40,144 nucleotides of DNA. It comes from Chloroflexota bacterium. Lineage in GTDB: Bacteria; Chloroflexota; Dehalococcoidia; Dehalococcoidales; JAUWPF01. Below the pieces are notes generated by a model. It saw nothing but the letters and a program-made list of their open reading frames with translations, did not search any database and was not told the DNA's origin. Location: contig JAUWPF010000001.1 of NCBI GenBank assembly GCA_030611745.1, positions 1-40,144 on the forward strand, written 5' to 3'. The stretch's first letter is position 1. Each line of letters starts with the position of its first letter. Made by a program: the position numbers and the translations under genes. Below, piece by piece: positions 36,316-40,144 of the stretch.

Positions 36316-37530
36316 ATGAAAAGAACGACTTTAGCTTCGATAGATGTTGGCACCACCAAGGTGTGCACTACCATTGCTGATGTAACCAGTGATGGGGGTA
36401 TCCGGGTTGTGGGTGTGGGGGTGACCCCGTCCCGTGGTTTGCACAAAGGGCTGGTGGTCAACATCAACGAGGCCGGGGAGTCAATCAGGGAGTCGGTGAG
36501 AAAAGCGCAACAGGCCAGTGCCACCAGGATAGAATCAGCCTATGTTGGTGTAACAGGAAGGCATGTCAGTTCGCTGAATAACCGCGGGGTAGTCGCTATT
36601 ACCCGAAATGACCGGTTGGTGCGCCCTGATGACCTGAGACGGGTACTTGAGTGTGCCCGGAGTATTAAAGTTCCTAACGACAGGAAGCTGCTCCATGTTA
36701 TTCCCCGGGGTTATGCCGTTGATGGTCAGGTGGGAGTCAAGAACCCGGTGGGGATGCATGGCTTCAGGCTGGATGTGGAAACCCACATCATCACTGCCGC
36801 CACGACCTCGGTTCAGAATCTGGTGAAGTGTATCCGGGGCATCGGAATTGATATCGACGACCTCATCCTTGAACCATTAGCCAGCAGTGAGGCAGTGCTG
36901 ACCGAGGACGAGAAGCAGGTTGGGGTTATCCTGGCTGATATCGGTGGAGGTACCACAGATATCGCTGTCTTCAAAGAGGGGAGCATCTGGCATACCTCTA
37001 TTCTGCCGGTGGCCGGTTACCAGCTCACCAGGGATGTGGCTATCGGTCTGGGGCTACCGTTTGATGTCGCTGAGGAGATGAAGAAGAGATACGGTAGTGT
37101 CATGCCAGTTTACGAGAGCAAGGTTGAAACCAATCCTGCAATATCACAGGATGGACACGGCGTTTCCTATCAGGACCTGTGTGATATTATCAGAGCCAGG
37201 ATGGAAGAAATTATGAGGCTTATCCTGCTGGAGATGCCGCGTGCTGACTATGAAACGCTGGTTCCGGCGGGGCTGGTGCTCACCGGTGGCAGCGCTAACC
37301 TTTCCGGCATAGAGGCGCTGGGGCGTGATGTGTTGCGGCTTCCCGTAAGGGTAGGTGTTCCGACCAATATGTATGGTATTACTGATTCTCTCCGCGACCC
37401 GGCGTATGCCACCAGCGTTGGTCTCTTGCTCTGGGGAGCAAAAAACGAGGGTGCGCATACCTGGCGTTCTGTCGGGTTTGCTACCAGGCTGCGGCGCTTA
37501 CTTTTCCGCATGAGGAAGCTATTTGTTTAG
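36316..37530 (+). CDS. ftsA: cell division protein FtsA
   Basis: 404 aa, actin-like ATPase (ASIDVGTTKVCTTIADV, ADIGGGTTDIAVF, LTGGSANLSGI). Confidence 0.95.
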   Translation: MKRTTLASIDVGTTKVCTTIADVTSDGGIRVVGVGVTPSRGLHKGLVVNINEAGESIRESVRKAQQASATRIESAYVGVTGRHVSSLNNRGVVAITRNDRLVRPDDLRRVLECARSIKVPNDRKLLHVIPRGYAVDGQVGVKNPVGMHGFRLDVETHIITAATTSVQNLVKCIRGIGIDIDDLILEPLASSEAVLTEDEKQVGVILADIGGGTTDIAVFKEGSIWHTSILPVAGYQLTRDVAIGLGLPFDVAEEMKKRYGSVMPVYESKVETNPAISQDGHGVSYQDLCDIIRARMEEIMRLILLEMPRADYETLVPAGLVLTGGSANLSGIEALGRDVLRLPVRVGVPTNMYGITDSLRDPAYATSVGLLLWGAKNEGAHTWRSVGFATRLRRLLFRMRKLFV

Positions 37531-37574
37531 CGCGATGATGAAAAAATCTGGAGTCGCAACGAAAGGAGGAGGAG

Positions 37575-38702
37575 ATGGCGAAAACAAGTTTTGTCCCTAA
37601 CCCGGCCAAGATCAAGGTTATTGGTCTGGGTGGTGGTGGTTGTAATGCGGTTACCCGTATGGTCAGAGAGGAAATCCAGGGCGTAGAGTTCATTGCCATG
37701 AATACTGATGCCCAGGCTCTGGCGATTACCGAGGCCCCGACTCGTATCCAGCTGGGAGAGAAGCTCACCCGGGGTTTGGGTGTGGGCGGCGACCATGCAA
37801 TGGGTCAGAAGGCTGCCGAGGAAAGTCGTGATGAACTCAAGGAGCTCGTTAACGGGGCTGATATGGTGTTTATCACTTGTGGTCTGGGTGGTGGTACTGG
37901 CACCGGGGCTGCCCCGCTGATTGCTGAAATATCTAAACAGAGCGGAGCTCTCACTATCGCCGTAGTTACCAAGCCGTTCACCTTCGAGGGTACTCATCGC
38001 ACCCAGGTGGCTGAAGAGGGAGTAGTGCACCTGTTGAGTAAGGTTGATACCCTGATTATTATCCCTAATGACCGCCTGCTTGACCTCTGTGACAAGAAGA
38101 CGGCAGTGGACAGTGCTTTCAGGCTGGCTGATGATGTGCTACGTCATGGTGTGCAGGCGATTGCGGAGGTTATCACCGTTCCCGGGTTGATTAACCTTGA
38201 CTTTGCCGATGTCAAGGCGGTGATGAGAGATGCCGGGCCGGCATGGATGAGCATAGGCAGGGGGTCAGGTCAGAGCCGGGCCACAGATGCGGCCAGGGAA
38301 GCCCTGGCCAGCCCGCTGCTGGATGTTTCTATCAACGGCTCAAAGGGTGTCTTATTCAATGTTGTTGGTGGTAGTGACCTCAGCCTGTTTGAGGTTAATG
38401 AGGCGGCTGAGGTAATTAGACAGGCGGTGGACCCTGATGCTAACATCATCTTTGGTGTGGCACATGACCCGGCGATGGATAAAGAGATAAGGATTACCCT
38501 GATCGCTACTGGCTTCGTTTCTAAGATGGGACTGCCGGGAAGCGAGGATGAGGATCTGAAACATCTCCTCAAAGGCCTGGATAACGAAGAGGAGCTGGAT
38601 ATTCCTTCCTTCCTGCGTCGCCCGCTGTTCAGCCACCGGCGCCAGGCAATAACACCGTCAACCAGGGTGGTTAGGTCGCCCTTGGGCACTGAAGTTCGGT
38701 AG
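37575..38702 (+). CDS. ftsZ: cell division protein FtsZ
   Basis: 375 aa with the tubulin signature [17 protein letters not shown], and a C-terminal DIPSFLRR peptide. Confidence 0.97.
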   Translation: MAKTSFVPNPAKIKVIGLGGGGCNAVTRMVREEIQGVEFIAMNTDAQALAITEAPTRIQLGEKLTRGLGVGGDHAMGQKAAEESRDELKELVNGADMVFITCGLGGGTGTGAAPLIAEISKQSGALTIAVVTKPFTFEGTHRTQVAEEGVVHLLSKVDTLIIIPNDRLLDLCDKKTAVDSAFRLADDVLRHGVQAIAEVITVPGLINLDFADVKAVMRDAGPAWMSIGRGSGQSRATDAAREALASPLLDVSINGSKGVLFNVVGGSDLSLFEVNEAAEVIRQAVDPDANIIFGVAHDPAMDKEIRITLIATGFVSKMGLPGSEDEDLKHLLKGLDNEEELDIPSFLRRPLFSHRRQAITPSTRVVRSPLGTEVR

Positions 38703-38752
38703 AGTTCTCGGGGAGGTTCCTGCCAGCGGGCAGGAAGCCCTGAGACCGGTGC

Positions 38753-38790
38753 AAGGCTGTAGGGCATTCGTGTCCTGCGGCCTTTGTGTT
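38753..38790 (+). terminator. possible intrinsic terminator after ftsZ
   Basis: Interrupted stem AAGGC...AGGGCA-TTCG-TGTCCT...GCCTT with a UUCG tetraloop, followed by TGTGTTT. A second 8-bp hairpin (TTCCTGCC-AGCG-GGCAGGAA, 38717-38736) lies just upstream. Confidence 0.4.
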
Positions 38791-38801
38791 TAAAAAAAAC
38801 C

Positions 38802-38853
38802 TTGACAAACACTACATATTGTGGTATTTTAGTATCGCTACTCAATATAGTGT
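38802..38853 (+). promoter_or_regulatory. nrdR-nrdJ promoter with two NrdR-box-like palindromes
   Basis: TTGACA (38802-38807), 17 nt, TATTTT (38825-38830) with an upstream TGn. Box 1 ACACTACATATTGTGG (38809-38824) fills the spacer. Box 2 CTACTCAATATAGTGT (38838-38853) lies over the expected transcription start. Both resemble the 16-bp NrdR box (acaCwAtATaTwGtgt). Confidence 0.55.
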
Positions 38854-38864
38854 GGTGTTTGGCG

Positions 38865-39377
38865 ATGAACTGTCCCTACTGTGATTATCATGATTCTAAG
38901 GTTATTGATTCGCGTGAAGTGAGTGACGGAGTCCGCCGCCGGCGTCAGTGCCTGAGCTGTGGTTCCCGCTTTACCACTTATGAGCGACTGCAGTCCGCCA
39001 GTCTGTTTGTGATTAAGAAAGACCAGCGGCGTGAAGAGTTTAATCGCAGTAAGCTGCTGATTGGTATTCGCAAGGCATGTGAAAAACGGCCGCTGCCTAC
39101 CGGCACGGTTGATAAGCTGGCTGATGATATCGAGGCTGAGCTTTACCGCCTGGGTAAGGCGGAGATACCCGGCGCTGTCATTGGGGATATGGTAATGGAA
39201 AGGCTAAGGGACCTTGACCATGTGGCTTACATCCGCTTTGCCAGTGTGTACCGGGAATTTACCGATATCACTGCCTTAAAGCAGGAGGTGGATAGTCTGG
39301 TCAGTGGTAAAGCGCAAGCACCCAGGTCCACCAGTCAGTTGCCCCTGATATTGGGTGGGGAGGCAAAGGTGAGATGA
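38865..39377 (+). CDS. nrdR: transcriptional repressor NrdR
   Basis: [17 protein letters not shown]...[17 protein letters not shown] zinc ribbon plus an ATP-cone. I prefer the ATG at 38865. The track's TTG at 38784 would lie inside the ftsZ terminator and upstream of the promoter. Confidence 0.93.
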   Translation: MNCPYCDYHDSKVIDSREVSDGVRRRRQCLSCGSRFTTYERLQSASLFVIKKDQRREEFNRSKLLIGIRKACEKRPLPTGTVDKLADDIEAELYRLGKAEIPGAVIGDMVMERLRDLDHVAYIRFASVYREFTDITALKQEVDSLVSGKAQAPRSTSQLPLILGGEAKVR

Positions 39378-40144
39378 GGGGTAAGCCGGGAGATAAAGGG
39401 TCAACCTCAGTTGACCGCACCCGGGTCGCCCGGGCTATCTTTGCCGCTGCCGAGTCGATGGGCATCTCGGATAGGGGGCAGATTGAACAGCTCACAGCCC
39501 AGGTGATCGAGCGCCTGGAGCAGCCGCAGCCTCTACCCGGGATGGAACACCTGGTGGCCAGACCTCGCCAAAAGGGCAGGCGTGTGGACGTTGATTCCAG
39601 AGTCCAGGTTATCGTGAGTCAAATTCTGGCCGGGAAGCAGCCGGCCGAACGAGAGGGAGTCGAGATGATGATAGAACCAGCTGCTGTGTTAAAACCAGGA
39701 GTGACGCAACATACCTCTGACATCAAGCTTACCGAAAACGCCCTTCGGGTTCTGGAAAGGAGGTATCTGAAAAAAGACAGCCAGGGGCAGGTCATTGAGA
39801 CTCCGCAGGAGATGTTCCGGCGGGTGGCTCGGGCTGTTGCCTCTGCGGAACTCGTCTACGCCCCCGGTGCCGATGTCGAGGCCTGGGAGGAGAAATTCTA
39901 CCGGTTGATGGCAGGTTTGGAGTTCCTCCCCAACTCGCCGACACTGATGAACGCCGGCCGGGAATTAGGGCAGCTCTCTGCCTGCTTTGTGCTTCCCATT
40001 GAAGACTCAATGGAGTCTATCTTTGACGCTGTAAAGTATACCGCCCTTATTCATAAGAGTGGTGGGGGTACCGGTTTTTCCTTCTCCAGACTGAGACCGG
40101 AAACGGACAGGGTCGGTTCTACCGGTGGGGTAGCCAGTGGTCCG
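39374..40144 (+). CDS. nrdJ: adenosylcobalamin-dependent (class II) ribonucleotide reductase, 5' part; gene continues past the right edge
   Basis: Not in the ORF track (open at the edge). The frame starting at ATG 39374 (ATGA overlap with the nrdR stop) is open to the end of the window. It contains [17 protein letters not shown]...[34 protein letters not shown]...[17 protein letters not shown]...GGVASGP, which is typical class II RNR. The conserved core begins near an alternative ATG at 39665. Confidence 0.88.
   Translation, partial: MRGKPGDKGSTSVDRTRVARAIFAAAESMGISDRGQIEQLTAQVIERLEQPQPLPGMEHLVARPRQKGRRVDVDSRVQVIVSQILAGKQPAEREGVEMMIEPAAVLKPGVTQHTSDIKLTENALRVLERRYLKKDSQGQVIETPQEMFRRVARAVASAELVYAPGADVEAWEEKFYRLMAGLEFLPNSPTLMNAGRELGQLSACFVLPIEDSMESIFDAVKYTALIHKSGGGTGFSFSRLRPETDRVGSTGGVASGP

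Noticed and set aside
1-40144. CRISPR arrays, rRNA/tRNA genes, transposases/integrases, prophage structural genes.
   Set aside because: There is no regularly spaced repeat array, no rRNA- or tRNA-like sequence, and no ORF with recombinase or transposase motifs in any frame.

Overview
About 40 kb of bacterial chromosome, with genes on the minus strand up to ~29.5 kb and mostly on the plus strand after that. All calls rest on reading the supplied translations and the DNA by eye; no database or HMM search was run.

Contents, left to right:
1. The 5' end of an NrpR-like regulator gene, running off the left edge.
2. carA-carB.
3. A tightly packed ~17.6 kb nitrogen-assimilation gene string (22344 down to 4758, gaps of 91 nt or less). 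In order: a PEP/pyruvate-binding-domain protein, a GltB-like FMN protein, a polyferredoxin, hisH, an FAD oxidoreductase, the glutamate synthase amidotransferase domain, hisF, the glutamate synthase FMN domain, the GXGXG domain, an NrpR-type repressor, an OmpR-family regulator with a degenerate receiver, asnB, amt, PII and glnA.
4. Housekeeping genes mogA-trmD-rplS-priA-def and tal-rho. rplS carries an in-frame TAA.
5. An ABC-F ATPase.
6. A ~2.9 kb accessory islet (31810-34731). It holds a truncated PIN/VapC remnant, a translationally coupled pair (predicted PD-(D/E)xK nuclease plus a 198-aa protein with no recognisable family) and an ERCC4-type nuclease with an unrecognised N-terminal domain.
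7. A minimal division cluster, mraZ-rsmH-ftsA-ftsZ, with no mur/ftsI/ftsW/ftsQ genes.
8. nrdR and the 5' part of a class II ribonucleotide reductase gene (nrdJ), running off the right edge.

No rRNA, tRNA, CRISPR array or transposase was seen. The lack of cell-wall genes in the division cluster, the split archaeal-type glutamate synthase and the NrpR homologues suggest a Dehalococcoidia-like Chloroflexota genome; this is inference only. The best candidate for an undescribed system is the two-gene nuclease module at 32079-33478, together with its nuclease-rich surroundings.
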